Notes: generated from the sequence alone by a model not told the origin. Positions 7,467 to 17,662 are shown, counted from the first letter of the stretch. The stretch is 46,244 nucleotides of DNA from a bacterium (GCA_037144015.1 JBAWXQ010000002.1:1-46244); one strand, 5' to 3'. Numbers and translations are program-made.

Positions 7467-9964
7467 GATGGGGTTTCGGGGTTGTGGTTGTTCGATTCCG
7501 GCGCCTTATATCCCTTGTCGCCGCCGAGTTTCAGCCATTCGCGATAGATGGCCAAGAGCACGGCCGCGTAACCAATGAACCCCACTGCCGTCACGATGTT
7601 GGCGTAGCGGAAGTTGTCGGTCAACAGGGTGCTGCGGGTGACCCAGTCCATGAACATGGCGCCCACGAGCCCGAGCACCACGGCCGAGCCCTGTTTGACC
7701 AGCCCGTTGGCAGAGCACATCTGACCGAACTTATCCTTGGGAAACAGCGAAATCAGAAAAGGCATGCTGGCCGCCCCGACCAGTCCGAAGAATGGCGTTT
7801 TGAAGACCTCGATCCAGACACTCGACTGGTAGTCGCGCATGAAGAAGTATGTCAGGAAGGGCGCGGGGATCAGGACGATCGAGCAGACCATCGTGACGCG
7901 CAGGGCGCCGTAACGGTCCACCAGGGCGCCAAACGGATAGGCCAGCAGAAGCCCGAGCACGCCGAAGAAGCTGGCCATCAGCCCACCTTTGAGCAGGCTG
8001 ACGCCGGCATCGATGTTCCATAGATGAAGGCGCCCTGTGTCGCTGGCGCAGACGATGCGGTTGCCGTGATCCGTCACGGCCAGTGCCGCGACCCCGCTCA
8101 TGTAGCCGGAGAAGGTCTTGAGGGACTGGTCGCCGGCCAGGGGACTGACATCCACCGGATCCCACAGGCGTCCGGAACTGTCCAGACTGCCGCTCACGAG
8201 CAGGTGCAGGTCCGGCTTGTACTGGACGGACGTGATGGCCTGCTTGTGGCCCTTCAGTTCCATCACCCGTTCACCGGTGGCCGCGGACCAGATGCGGAGT
8301 TTGGCGTTGCGGTCATCGCCCCCGTCATCCTGGCCACCGGTCACGATCCATCCGTCCGCAGCAACTACACGGCTGCGCTCGTTCGCTGGAATGTCATACA
8401 GGGATTCGTTCGAGAACACCTCCGTCAAGTAACGAATCGCAGTATTCAGGAACGGGATGGACGTGGGGCCTTGCTTGTGGACCGCGGCGACTTTCTCCAG
8501 GGAAGGGGCGAAGGTGGCAGCGTAGACCGGGTTCGAGGTCGCAATGGTCCGAGCCAGGATGCCGGATGCGGCGTCATACACGCGGAGCTGCCCGTCTACC
8601 CCGCCGGATACCAGATACCGACTGTCGCTGGAAAACACAACGCACCGCACCTCCCCCGCGTGCCCTGTCAGGGTCTCAAGGCAGCGGCCTGATGCCACAT
8701 CCCAGATGCGCACCGTCCCGTCCGCGCTGCCGGATGCCAGCCGGTCGCCGTCAGGGGATTCCGCTACGGTCAGGACGGCGCTGCCCTGTGTGGCCAAATT
8801 GGTCACAAGGGTTCCATCTGCCGCTCGCCACAGGAAGAGCCCGCCCGCACGATCACCTGCCGCGGCCAGGGATCCGTCCGCCGATAGCGCCGTGGCCGTC
8901 ACCGCAGGGCCGGTCGTGCGCAGCGTCCGCAGCGCCGGCAGTTTCGCCCGGCGCACGGCGTCCCAGAACGGCGCAGCGATCTTCTCCGGCCTGCCTTCCC
9001 AGAGCCGCACGCTGCCGTCGACGCCGCCGGAGAGGACGCGCGCGCCGTCCGGCGTCATGGCCGCCGTCGCCGCGCCCGCATGGGCTTCCGACGACGCCAC
9101 GTGTTGACCGAGGTGCAGGCCGAACACGCCGGACCCGCCGCCGGAGCGCGCGAACACCCAGACAAAGGTGGAGAGGTAGATCAAGATGAACATTCGGTGC
9201 GTAAAGCATTCGCGGGCGTACAGTTTCACCTGGTCAAGGAAAGTGGACTTCTCGGTAACATCCGTCACGGGCGGATACTCGCCCTCCTTCACGCGCCAGC
9301 ACATCAGCGAGAAACCCACGAAATAGAGTGCCGCCACGCCCACGTGGATCATGCGCATGTGGGTGAGTTGGTGGGCGGCGATGAGTACGTTGATCAGAAA
9401 GCCGGCCACGGCCCCGACCACGCGGAACAGCCCCATGAACCGGCCCATGAAATGCTCCGGCACCACGTCCGCGAACAGGTACCAGTAGACGGTGTTCACG
9501 AATTCGTTAAAGAACGAGAAGCCGATGACCAGGAAACTGATCAGCAGCATGGCCGTCGTAAAGGGGGAGATCAACCCCCCGCTGGCCACATGCGCCTTGG
9601 CAAAGGAGACGATCTCGTCCGAGTACCCAATAGCGGCGGCGAAGAAACAGAGGAACGGCGTGGTCCAGAGGATGTACGGGATGCGCCGGCCCATCCGGCC
9701 GCGATAGCGGTCGGACTTGAAACTCAGGATCGGGCCGACGATCACCCCGATCAGGTTCGGGATGACGCTGAAGATGATATTGACCTGCACGTTGCTCACG
9801 TGGAAGTTGTCCTGCAGGTAGAGCCCCAGGATGCCGGGACCGCCGATGCTCTCGAAGAGCGTGAAGCAGAAATCGCCCCAGAGCAACCAACCGAACAGCA
9901 TAAACAGCCCAGCCTTGGTGTAGGTCAGGGTGCCGACGCTGTACTTGGGATCTCGGTCGCTCAT
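7463..9964 (-). CDS. MFS transporter with inserted 7-blade WD40 propeller
   Basis: MFS motif SDRYRGRMGRRIPY and GALVDRYG, about 12 hydrophobic segments; seven WD repeats (e.g. SPDGDRLASGSADGTVRIWD, GHAGEV...VYD, GHKQAI...LWD) at about 8007-9105. Confidence 0.9.
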   Translation of the reverse strand: MSDRDPKYSVGTLTYTKAGLFMLFGWLLWGDFCFTLFESIGGPGILGLYLQDNFHVSNVQVNIIFSVIPNLIGVIVGPILSFKSDRYRGRMGRRIPYILWTTPFLCFFAAAIGYSDEIVSFAKAHVASGGLISPFTTAMLLISFLVIGFSFFNEFVNTVYWYLFADVVPEHFMGRFMGLFRVVGAVAGFLINVLIAAHQLTHMRMIHVGVAALYFVGFSLMCWRVKEGEYPPVTDVTEKSTFLDQVKLYARECFTHRMFILIYLSTFVWVFARSGGGSGVFGLHLGQHVASSEAHAGAATAAMTPDGARVLSGGVDGSVRLWEGRPEKIAAPFWDAVRRAKLPALRTLRTTGPAVTATALSADGSLAAAGDRAGGLFLWRAADGTLVTNLATQGSAVLTVAESPDGDRLASGSADGTVRIWDVASGRCLETLTGHAGEVRCVVFSSDSRYLVSGGVDGQLRVYDAASGILARTIATSNPVYAATFAPSLEKVAAVHKQGPTSIPFLNTAIRYLTEVFSNESLYDIPANERSRVVAADGWIVTGGQDDGGDDRNAKLRIWSAATGERVMELKGHKQAITSVQYKPDLHLLVSGSLDSSGRLWDPVDVSPLAGDQSLKTFSGYMSGVAALAVTDHGNRIVCASDTGRLHLWNIDAGVSLLKGGLMASFFGVLGLLLAYPFGALVDRYGALRVTMVCSIVLIPAPFLTYFFMRDYQSSVWIEVFKTPFFGLVGAASMPFLISLFPKDKFGQMCSANGLVKQGSAVVLGLVGAMFMDWVTRSTLLTDNFRYANIVTAVGFIGYAAVLLAIYREWLKLGGDKGYKAPESNNHNPETPS

Positions 9965-12696
9965 TTCTTATCCGTTCCTCTTCTCACCGCCTGGCAATAG
10001 AAGCACGAACAGGCGCCGTTGCGGCCGATGCTGATCATGGGGGTGGCGCGATTGACGGCCACGCTGATGTCGGCCATGGCCCGGGCGGACGCAAAGCAGA
10101 TGGTGCCGTCTCCCAGCGTAGCGGAGCGCATGACCCCCTGCTGCAGAAGGGGATCCGCCATGGTGGCTTGGAAGTGATCCACGTGCCATGGGGCCTGCGG
10201 CAGCGTGACGATGCGGCGGTGCCCGACCGAATCCTTGCGGTGCGCGATCAGCGAAGGCTGCGGGACACTAGTCCAAGCCTCGCCAACATGGAAGATGGTC
10301 GCACTGGTGATGGGGCACAGCAGCAGCACGTCGCCGCCCGCGTCGTATAACTTCCCCCAGAATCCGTCGCGGGCCATCGGCGCCGACTCGGGGTTCGACA
10401 GGCGGGTCAGTGCGCGAGCATCCGGTCCGAGGGCGGCGACCGAGTGCGTCGGGTGCGGGCTGCGGACGACCCCGGGATGCCGGAGGAAATACTCGCTGAC
10501 GGCGCCCACGACCGACCGCGAATGCTGCGGGTCGTAGGGTTCGGCGCCCAGCACGCTGAGCGAGTGCGTCGGAACACATAGGGTTCCCCGTGGGCCCAAC
10601 ACGTCCAGCAACGCCTCCACAAGCGTCTCCGCGCCGCCCGGAATATATCCGAACTGGCTCAGGGACGAATGCACGCACAGGACCGATCCGCGCCGCACGC
10701 CGATGGCCCGGAAGGCGCGGCGCAGTTCAGCCGCCTTCAGGATGGGGCGTAAGTGGGCCTTACCGATCTTGACCAGATAGCGGGTCAGCGCGACGGCCTT
10801 CTTCATTTCGATGACCGCGCCCTGGTCCCGGAGTGTGTCAACCGCCTCCGCGAGCGTTGCTTTACCGCGCAAACGCGAGGCCAACAGCCAGGCCCACGTT
10901 TCCGTGGACCACCCCGGCGCCAGATCGAGGGCCTCCGCCAACTCCGTGCGAGCGGCCGGTGTTACGTGGTCCTCGAAGGAGAGGAAACCGCGGAACGTTA
11001 CCTGGGGAACCAAGACCTCCGCTTCGCGCCGCACACGGTTTCTCTCGGACATCACAACCACTTTTCCCGCGGGCGCCGCGGGCAGCGCGGCGATCACTGA
11101 TTCCAGGCGCTTGCGATCTTCCACCGCGGGCCAGCACCCCGTGGACCGTCGGACCCCCGCTTTGTACACGTCCGCGGGGGTGCGCCAGTCGCCAAACAGG
11201 TCGGGAACCGCCATGCCTCGCCGTAGCGAATCCAATTCCGCTGCGGCCTGTGCCCAGATCGTCGCAGCCTCAGTCGGCTTCACCCGCATGGCCCCGGCGG
11301 CACTTCGCACAAGGCGCCGCGCCAGGTCAATGGCCGCCCGGTTGTCAAACCGCGTGATGGCATGCAGGAAGGCGGTCGCCGCCATCCCCGACCAGCGGAT
11401 GGCGTCCAGGCTAAGGAATGCGGGAACGTCCGCGGAACTGTGGTAGGTTGGCCCTGTCTTCTGCTCGAGCGACACGTGGCCGGGCGCCGGACTGAGGCCG
11501 AGCAAGGCGTCGCTGACGCCGCACGGCCGCGAGCGGATGGGCCTGTTGCCCGTTCGCTTGTCGGCGAGGCGGGCGGCGGCCTCCAGAAGGTACGGCGCGA
11601 AGTGCGACTGCCCTGGAAAGCCACGACCGAGGGTCATGACACTTCCCTGCGTCTCCGGGTCGGGCTCACAGCCGACCATGTCCAGGTTCAGCCCGGCCAG
11701 GAAGCCCGGAACACGCTTTCGACTGTTTAACCACGCCTGCATGCCCCGCACTTCCACGGAAAAGAAGACGCGGATCGCACGCCGGGGCGGCTTGCCACCC
11801 GGTCCGCGCGTCGCGGCTTGCAGCGCGCGCAGGGCCTCGATCGCCACGCCGACTCCCGAGGCATTGTCCTGCGCGCCCGGCTCGTCCAGGTGCGCGCAGA
11901 GGTAGACCTCGGGCTGTCCCTGTCCGAGCGTGGCGGTGACCAGCGGAGCCTTGCCGGCCGCGCGTTCGGCCTGCACCCTTGCCCGCAGGTGAAGAGCCGG
12001 TTCGGTTTGCAGCAGCGCTTTCAGCCGCGCGCCCGCGGCGGGCGACAGGGAGAAGCAGGGCACGCAGGCCCGGTCGGCGTCCATGGGGACAGCATAATTG
12101 ACATAACGGGCCGCCTTGGGGTCATTGTTCGGCATGCAGACGATCACGCCCAGTGCGCCGGAACCGGCCGCCGTTTCGTTGATTTCGGCCGAGCCCATGC
12201 CCGACTCCAGGAACAGAAAGGCGCCGCGCAACCGGCTCTGGACCGACACCGCGTCCGGCGCAGCCACCACCGATCCCTCAACCCAGTCGCCATGTGGCGT
12301 GCCGGGACTATACAGGGCGAGACTCTGGGGAATCTCACCGTAGTCCGCCAACGTTTCCACGCCTTGCCCGGGAATGCGGACCTCCAGACGGGCCTCTGTC
12401 GCGGTCCAGGCCACCGGCATCAGCCAGCCGCCGAACGACGTCTTGCCGTCGGCCGGTATTTCCTCGATCGTGACGCCGTCCAGGCCGGCTTCCCGCAGTT
12501 CACTGGCGACGAATTCAGCGGCGGCACGAACGGCTTTCGCGTCTATCAGCCGCGCGGCTTCCCATAGGCGCCGGATCGTTTCCATGGCGCGTTTGGGCCG
12601 GAATGCCTCCGTGGCGGCAATGGTCTCGGGCGTCAGTGGAATCTGAACGTCTCTTTGCTGCAAACCTTGTTTGCTTTTATTCATATGCTTTTCCAT
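9961..12696 (-). CDS. M28/DUF4910-like peptidase fused to AAC(3)-family N-acetyltransferase
   Basis: M28 motifs CAHLDEPGAQDNASG, LNLDMVG, YHSSAD; AAC(3)/YokD motifs VHSSLSQFG, GTLCVPT, RSPHPTHSVAALG, TIFHVGE. Start may be 12684. Confidence 0.85.
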   Translation of the reverse strand: MEKHMNKSKQGLQQRDVQIPLTPETIAATEAFRPKRAMETIRRLWEAARLIDAKAVRAAAEFVASELREAGLDGVTIEEIPADGKTSFGGWLMPVAWTATEARLEVRIPGQGVETLADYGEIPQSLALYSPGTPHGDWVEGSVVAAPDAVSVQSRLRGAFLFLESGMGSAEINETAAGSGALGVIVCMPNNDPKAARYVNYAVPMDADRACVPCFSLSPAAGARLKALLQTEPALHLRARVQAERAAGKAPLVTATLGQGQPEVYLCAHLDEPGAQDNASGVGVAIEALRALQAATRGPGGKPPRRAIRVFFSVEVRGMQAWLNSRKRVPGFLAGLNLDMVGCEPDPETQGSVMTLGRGFPGQSHFAPYLLEAAARLADKRTGNRPIRSRPCGVSDALLGLSPAPGHVSLEQKTGPTYHSSADVPAFLSLDAIRWSGMAATAFLHAITRFDNRAAIDLARRLVRSAAGAMRVKPTEAATIWAQAAAELDSLRRGMAVPDLFGDWRTPADVYKAGVRRSTGCWPAVEDRKRLESVIAALPAAPAGKVVVMSERNRVRREAEVLVPQVTFRGFLSFEDHVTPAARTELAEALDLAPGWSTETWAWLLASRLRGKATLAEAVDTLRDQGAVIEMKKAVALTRYLVKIGKAHLRPILKAAELRRAFRAIGVRRGSVLCVHSSLSQFGYIPGGAETLVEALLDVLGPRGTLCVPTHSLSVLGAEPYDPQHSRSVVGAVSEYFLRHPGVVRSPHPTHSVAALGPDARALTRLSNPESAPMARDGFWGKLYDAGGDVLLLCPITSATIFHVGEAWTSVPQPSLIAHRKDSVGHRRIVTLPQAPWHVDHFQATMADPLLQQGVMRSATLGDGTICFASARAMADISVAVNRATPMISIGRNGACSCFYCQAVRRGTDKK

Positions 12697-12767
12697 GTCT
12701 CTGTCGATCTGGTAGACGTATCACACAATATGTGCGACGAAAACCATTCTTCTTGTAAGGGCAGAAG

Positions 12768-15700
12768 TCAGTACCACTGCTCCAGCAGTTTGTAAAAGGC
12801 GGCGGAATACGAGGCGGGGGCGTCGGTATAAACATTGCCGGGCGAGTTCGCCAGCACGTTGGAGATCACGGACTGGAAGGCGCCGGTTACGAGATTGGTG
12901 GAGCGCAGGAGCGTGTAGGTGCAGTTGCTCATGCTCGGCCAGTAGAGCACCGTCGACGAACCCGCGGCGCTGTCAATCCGCGCGATCTTCAATGGCTCCG
13001 GCTGTGCTTCGAGTTGCGCCACGAGCCCCGCATGCAGTTGGTAAAGCTTCACCTCGTCCAGCGTGCCGAAGGCGTAGTCCCAGGTGCCCTGCCCGTACGT
13101 GGCGTTCAACGCATCGCGCACGCGGCTGCGGTTCATGCCGCGGCAGGCGCTCCACAGGTTGAGCAGTTCGACGATCTGCTGTGCCTGGCGCATCTGCTTC
13201 ACGCGCCGGCTCATGATCGGCCCGGGGTACGTGCCAAACCCCGGCACGCTCTGGCCGGAATAGACCACACAGGGCGTCGAATCGTCGGCGTTGACCCACT
13301 GCGTGCTGTAGCTATCCCAGTACGGCAGGCCGCCGTTGAAGCCCTGGCACCACTTCTGCAGAAAGGTCCTGGCATTGGCTGTACCCGAACCGGCCACCGG
13401 CGCGCCGAGGCCGTACCAGATCCAATCCTCCTGCTTGTCCGCGTCGAGCCCATACCGGCGATACTTCTTGCTTGGCCAGTGCCAGCCGGCCGCGCCGGCG
13501 CCCATGCAAACGAAGTTGACACGGTTGTCCAGTTCGCCCCAGTGCTGCCCCCAGCGGTCCGAGATGTCGATGCGGAAGTGCCAGAGAACGTTGGTGACCC
13601 CGCTGGCAGCCAACCCGGCGCGCCACATTTCCTGGAAACGCCCTGTGGCCCGGAAATCGTCGGCCGTCTCGTTTTCCTCCAGCACCCACAGCGAGTGCGT
13701 GCTGGCGTAGTCGTACTTGTCGTTCAGGTAGTTCTCGAACGCGGTCTGCGTCCACCCGGCCGCGCTGGCGTGCGCCAGCCAGTTGGACATCACGTTGATC
13801 TGCGCCTGGCGGTACCCGATGGGAAACGCGGTCCGCACATCGGGGCAGGCGGGAAACAGGGTGGTGTAGTTGCCGGCCGAGCGCAGGCCGTCCCAATAGG
13901 CCGGACCCGCGCCGGCGGCATCGAAGCCGTAGGTGGTGTCGAGCATGGACTGCGGCCACATCTCGTTGAAGGTCGTGTAGAAGCGGGTGACGGGCGTGTT
14001 GACTCGGGGACCGGTGTAGCCGTGCGTGGCGTTGAAGGCCGACTGCGCGGCGTTGGTGGTGAAATATCGGCCGTACTTGTTGTCGAACGCCGTCCAGGAC
14101 GACGCCTGAAGGGTCGGGCCGTTGCCGGTGAGGTCCGGGCGGCGGTCGGTGTAGTTGGCGGCCCCGGCATGGTTATAGGCCAACGTGTTGGCCGTGGCGC
14201 GATGCTTGTGGATCGTCTGGAAGTATTGCTGGCAGGTGGCGGTGGTGTCGGCGCCGAAATCCCAGGGGTTGCCGTAGCCGTTGAGATCCACTTCGAATGA
14301 GATGCGGTCGGGGATCGAGACGTTGCTGACGCGCAGTTGTAGTCCGATCCGCACCGGGCTCTCAGCGCCCAGCGCCGCCGCGCTGACGCTCACGGTGCCC
14401 GTGTACACGCCCGCGGCGGTAGCCGGAGGGATGAAGAAGTCGAGGTAAACCGACTGGTATGTGCCGCCGGCGTTGTGGTTGGCGTCCGGGATGTTGAACG
14501 TGGTCGGGAACGGCGCCGCCAGCGGAATGGCTGCCTCCGCATATGCGCTGCCGCCGCTGGCGATGTAGTGCATCTGGAAGCGTTCGATGTTGGGTGAAGC
14601 CGCAATGCTCGCCCCGCCGGTTGCCGTCAGGTCGCTGACCGTGACGCCGACCTCGTTCAGGCTCGCGCCCAAGCGCTGCAGGATCAGTTGCGCGCCCACC
14701 ACCTCGTTGCGGCAGCCGGCCAGGAAGAGGGTGTTGCTCGCGGCGTTCCACACCATGTTGGCTTTTTTGTAATTGTCCGCGCCCGTGCCGGTGTAGCCGT
14801 CTTCGATGGTGTTGCCGGTAGCCGGGTTGATCTGCGCCACTTCGCTCGCGCCGAAATAACGCAGCACTCCGCCGGCGGTGCGAACCGTCTGGCCCGTGGG
14901 GTTTGGCGATGCCAGCCCCCCATCGGCAAGCCGGGGAACATAGGCAGGCGGCGGCAGCGTGAACCGAACCTTGGCCGGTGTGCCGGTGTTGCCCACCGCA
15001 TCGTAGGCCTGCACGAAAAAGGCATAGTTGGTGCCTGGCGTCAGACGTTCGAGCAGCACGCGCTGGGTCGCGCCGGGCGCGCCCGGGCGCGGAATCCGCC
15101 AGCGCTCCGCGTCTGTGGCGGCGGCAAAGACATCGCCAGTGGAGTAGCGGACATGATAGCCAAACGCATTCGCGTCGTCAGGGTCCGACGGCGCCGTGAA
15201 CTGCAGTTCCACAGAGCCGTCTTCCCCTGCCGGCACGGCGGCGAGTCCGCCGACCTGCGCCGGGGCGGTGAAATCCGTGTTGGCGGCGAACTGGATGTAG
15301 AGCCGCGGCTGCAGTGCCGAATTCTGTTCGCGCGTGTAAATCGTGGGATTGCCGGCAAACGCCGAGTGCAGGCGCGGGTCGGTGACGGCCAGGCCGTACT
15401 GGTCCAGGATCAGGGCGTTGACCACGGCCGGGGCCAGGACCATGGCGATCCACGTGTAACTGTTGGTTGTATAGACCCGGAACGTGACCGAGTTGGAAAA
15501 TCCGAAACTGGTCAGGGAACCGTAATTACCGAATGAGGCGGTCGAAAAGTCACTATTGGTGAACGTCCAGTCGGTGCTGGTCGAACGATAGCGCCAACAA
15601 GCGGAAGACTCCGCCCAGTCTGTGTTGATCGTGGCTGCCGCCAGTGACGTCACCAGGTCCGGGTTGGCCCGCGCCAGATGCAGTTCCGCCGCCACCACAC

Positions 15701-15971
15701 GCTGACCACGATAGGCCGAAAGGTTGAACTTCAGCCCGGTCACATCCTGATTCCCCTTGATCCGGATGGCGTTGTTCCCGCCCTTGTTGATCAACCACTC
15801 CTCCTGGCCGGAGGGGCCGGCGAACCAGCAGAACTGGTTGTCCGCGCTGTCCAGAACGGTGGTGATGTCCGCTCCGGGCGGCAGAATGAACCAGGCGTTG
15901 GCCGTGGCCACCGCAAGCAGGAGGCACAGGCCGGACAGCCAGCAGCAACGGAGTTCTTTTCTGGTATACAT
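12768..15971 (-). CDS. Secreted multidomain GH123/DUF4091-like glycoside hydrolase (DNRLRE-like + FN3 + barrel + short C-terminal beta domain)
   Basis: Signal peptide ending ATANA; FN3 (LTPGTNYAFFVQAYDAVGN); RNEVVGAQL, VDLNGYG, FRIDISD, RVKQMRQAQQIVE motifs; paralogue of 17663-20392. Confidence 0.75.
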   Translation of the reverse strand: MYTRKELRCCWLSGLCLLLAVATANAWFILPPGADITTVLDSADNQFCWFAGPSGQEEWLINKGGNNAIRIKGNQDVTGLKFNLSAYRGQRVVAAELHLARANPDLVTSLAAATINTDWAESSACWRYRSTSTDWTFTNSDFSTASFGNYGSLTSFGFSNSVTFRVYTTNSYTWIAMVLAPAVVNALILDQYGLAVTDPRLHSAFAGNPTIYTREQNSALQPRLYIQFAANTDFTAPAQVGGLAAVPAGEDGSVELQFTAPSDPDDANAFGYHVRYSTGDVFAAATDAERWRIPRPGAPGATQRVLLERLTPGTNYAFFVQAYDAVGNTGTPAKVRFTLPPPAYVPRLADGGLASPNPTGQTVRTAGGVLRYFGASEVAQINPATGNTIEDGYTGTGADNYKKANMVWNAASNTLFLAGCRNEVVGAQLILQRLGASLNEVGVTVSDLTATGGASIAASPNIERFQMHYIASGGSAYAEAAIPLAAPFPTTFNIPDANHNAGGTYQSVYLDFFIPPATAAGVYTGTVSVSAAALGAESPVRIGLQLRVSNVSIPDRISFEVDLNGYGNPWDFGADTTATCQQYFQTIHKHRATANTLAYNHAGAANYTDRRPDLTGNGPTLQASSWTAFDNKYGRYFTTNAAQSAFNATHGYTGPRVNTPVTRFYTTFNEMWPQSMLDTTYGFDAAGAGPAYWDGLRSAGNYTTLFPACPDVRTAFPIGYRQAQINVMSNWLAHASAAGWTQTAFENYLNDKYDYASTHSLWVLEENETADDFRATGRFQEMWRAGLAASGVTNVLWHFRIDISDRWGQHWGELDNRVNFVCMGAGAAGWHWPSKKYRRYGLDADKQEDWIWYGLGAPVAGSGTANARTFLQKWCQGFNGGLPYWDSYSTQWVNADDSTPCVVYSGQSVPGFGTYPGPIMSRRVKQMRQAQQIVELLNLWSACRGMNRSRVRDALNATYGQGTWDYAFGTLDEVKLYQLHAGLVAQLEAQPEPLKIARIDSAAGSSTVLYWPSMSNCTYTLLRSTNLVTGAFQSVISNVLANSPGNVYTDAPASYSAAFYKLLEQWY

Positions 15972-15974
15972 GAA

Positions 15975-17405
15975 CTACTTACGCTGCTCCAGCACCTCGC
16001 CGACTAGACCCCACAGCAATGTGCCTTGCACGATGCTGCTGGATGGGCAGGCTGGCAGCGGATAGCCGTCGAGTTCCAGCACAGCATCCGGATACTGCCA
16101 TGGGGCGGGAATCCACACAACACCCGCCGGTATCTGGGTAGCGGTTGTCATCATGGCCGCATTACCGTTGGTACTCGTCTGGGTTCCGCCCGCTTGCGGC
16201 GGCTCTGCCTGCGGTGCCACGCCTGGCGTGGCCAGCTGGGGATGCCGGGGAGTCTGGCCCGGACCGTAGAGGCTCACTGCCGCTATGGGGTTCCCCATTT
16301 TTGCCGCGCGTTCGACCTCGCTGGTCGGCCAGTCGAATGCGCCAAGCCAGAGCACCCCATCGCCCTTTTCAACCGTGAGCGCGGCCCGGCGCCAGCGCCA
16401 ACTGCGCTGAACCAGCATCCAGTTCGGCAGTTCCTTCGGGAACCGTACCTCGCTTGCCAGCAGGTGCGATTCCACCATGGTATACACCCCATGGTCCGCC
16501 GGCACATCCGCCAGCAGCCTGGCGGCGGCTCGCACCTGGGGCGCCGAGGCCGCACAGGCCAGGACCTGTCCCCTCAGGATCTGCAGGTAACGCCGACCCA
16601 GCACCCCGACATCAATCGGCCGCACCGTGATATCGTCATGGAACTTGATCGCCTGGTATTGCTTCTCCCACGCCTCGTAGCCCGGGATCGCCCCGCTGGG
16701 CCAGATGCCGGGCGTCTTGTTCTGGCGCGTGCAGGCGGCGATCAGTTCGGACGTGAAGGCCCACGCGTGGACCGCCGTGACCATCCCGGCGTAATCACCG
16801 TAACGGCGGCCGTCGGCGGTGGCGAACGACGTCTCCTGCGGCAAGTCCGTGTCGATGAAGAAGAACCGCTCGGCGGGCAGGCGTTTCCGCAAGGCCTCCA
16901 CGGAGCGCCGGCAGGCGAGCCAGCGGCTCGAACCGAAGAACACCACCGTGTCGCCCTCGAACATCAGGTGGCCGAGCTCGTCGAACAGAATGATGCCCGG
17001 ATCCACATTGCGGTGCATGGCATAGAGGACCACCGACTTCTCCGGCACTTCGCCCCACGTGACTTGGGAGCCATTATGGTTCTGCTTGAAGGGCCCGACC
17101 CGCTTCAGTCCAATCAAACCGCCCGCGCGATAGAAGAGCTCATCGGTCGCACAGCCATCGCCCGCCGCATACAGATCCCCGCCGGCAATCCAGCGCCGGG
17201 CGGCACCCTCGGCGGCCTTGCTGATTTCCGGCAGCAGGCTTTCGGCGTGTGCGATGGCCTGTTCCATCTGCGCCATGCCTTGTTGCAGAGATCGCGAAGC
17301 CGTCGGCGGCGGGGCCGGGCTTGCCAGAGGATCCACTCCCGCCGCGGCAGCACCTGCGGGCGCGACGACGGCAAGACATAGGGCAAACAGCAGATAAAAT
17401 TTCAT
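15975..17405 (-). CDS. Secreted tandem SIS (sugar isomerase)-domain protein
   Basis: Start moved to MKFYLLFALCLAVVAPAGA (signal peptide); ELFYRAGGL, SHLLASEV and DAVLELDGYPLPACPSSSI match UPF0309-type SIS motifs. Confidence 0.7.
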   Translation of the reverse strand: MKFYLLFALCLAVVAPAGAAAAGVDPLASPAPPPTASRSLQQGMAQMEQAIAHAESLLPEISKAAEGAARRWIAGGDLYAAGDGCATDELFYRAGGLIGLKRVGPFKQNHNGSQVTWGEVPEKSVVLYAMHRNVDPGIILFDELGHLMFEGDTVVFFGSSRWLACRRSVEALRKRLPAERFFFIDTDLPQETSFATADGRRYGDYAGMVTAVHAWAFTSELIAACTRQNKTPGIWPSGAIPGYEAWEKQYQAIKFHDDITVRPIDVGVLGRRYLQILRGQVLACAASAPQVRAAARLLADVPADHGVYTMVESHLLASEVRFPKELPNWMLVQRSWRWRRAALTVEKGDGVLWLGAFDWPTSEVERAAKMGNPIAAVSLYGPGQTPRHPQLATPGVAPQAEPPQAGGTQTSTNGNAAMMTTATQIPAGVVWIPAPWQYPDAVLELDGYPLPACPSSSIVQGTLLWGLVGEVLEQRK

Positions 17406-17662
17406 GTGTTCAGTTCCCACTCGTCGTACATCGCGGCAATGTTCGCGTAGAGGCTCTTGCAAAATTTTTCTTCGCCGGACGCGGCACCTACTGTGCCCGA
17501 AACCGATACGCTAGCAAATACAGCCGTGCTTTGTCTTTCAAAATACCCCCCCCGTTTCCCGATTGTGTGCGGGAGGAGCGGCAGGTTATGCTGCGGTCGC
17601 AGGTGGCCCTATGACGGGGCTACCTGAGTCGTTACGAATAATGAAAAAGTGGAGGCTGGGCG

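Noticed and set aside
9961-10745. Acquired aminoglycoside-resistance gene
   Set aside because: The AAC(3) domain is fused to a peptidase in a catabolic operon with host-like codon usage and no mobile context; the family includes many non-resistance members.
17406-17662. Specific sigma70 or sigma54 promoters in the divergent gap
   Set aside because: TTGCAA and GCACG...TTGC elements are present but spacing does not fit the consensus; promoters are likely here but cannot be placed.
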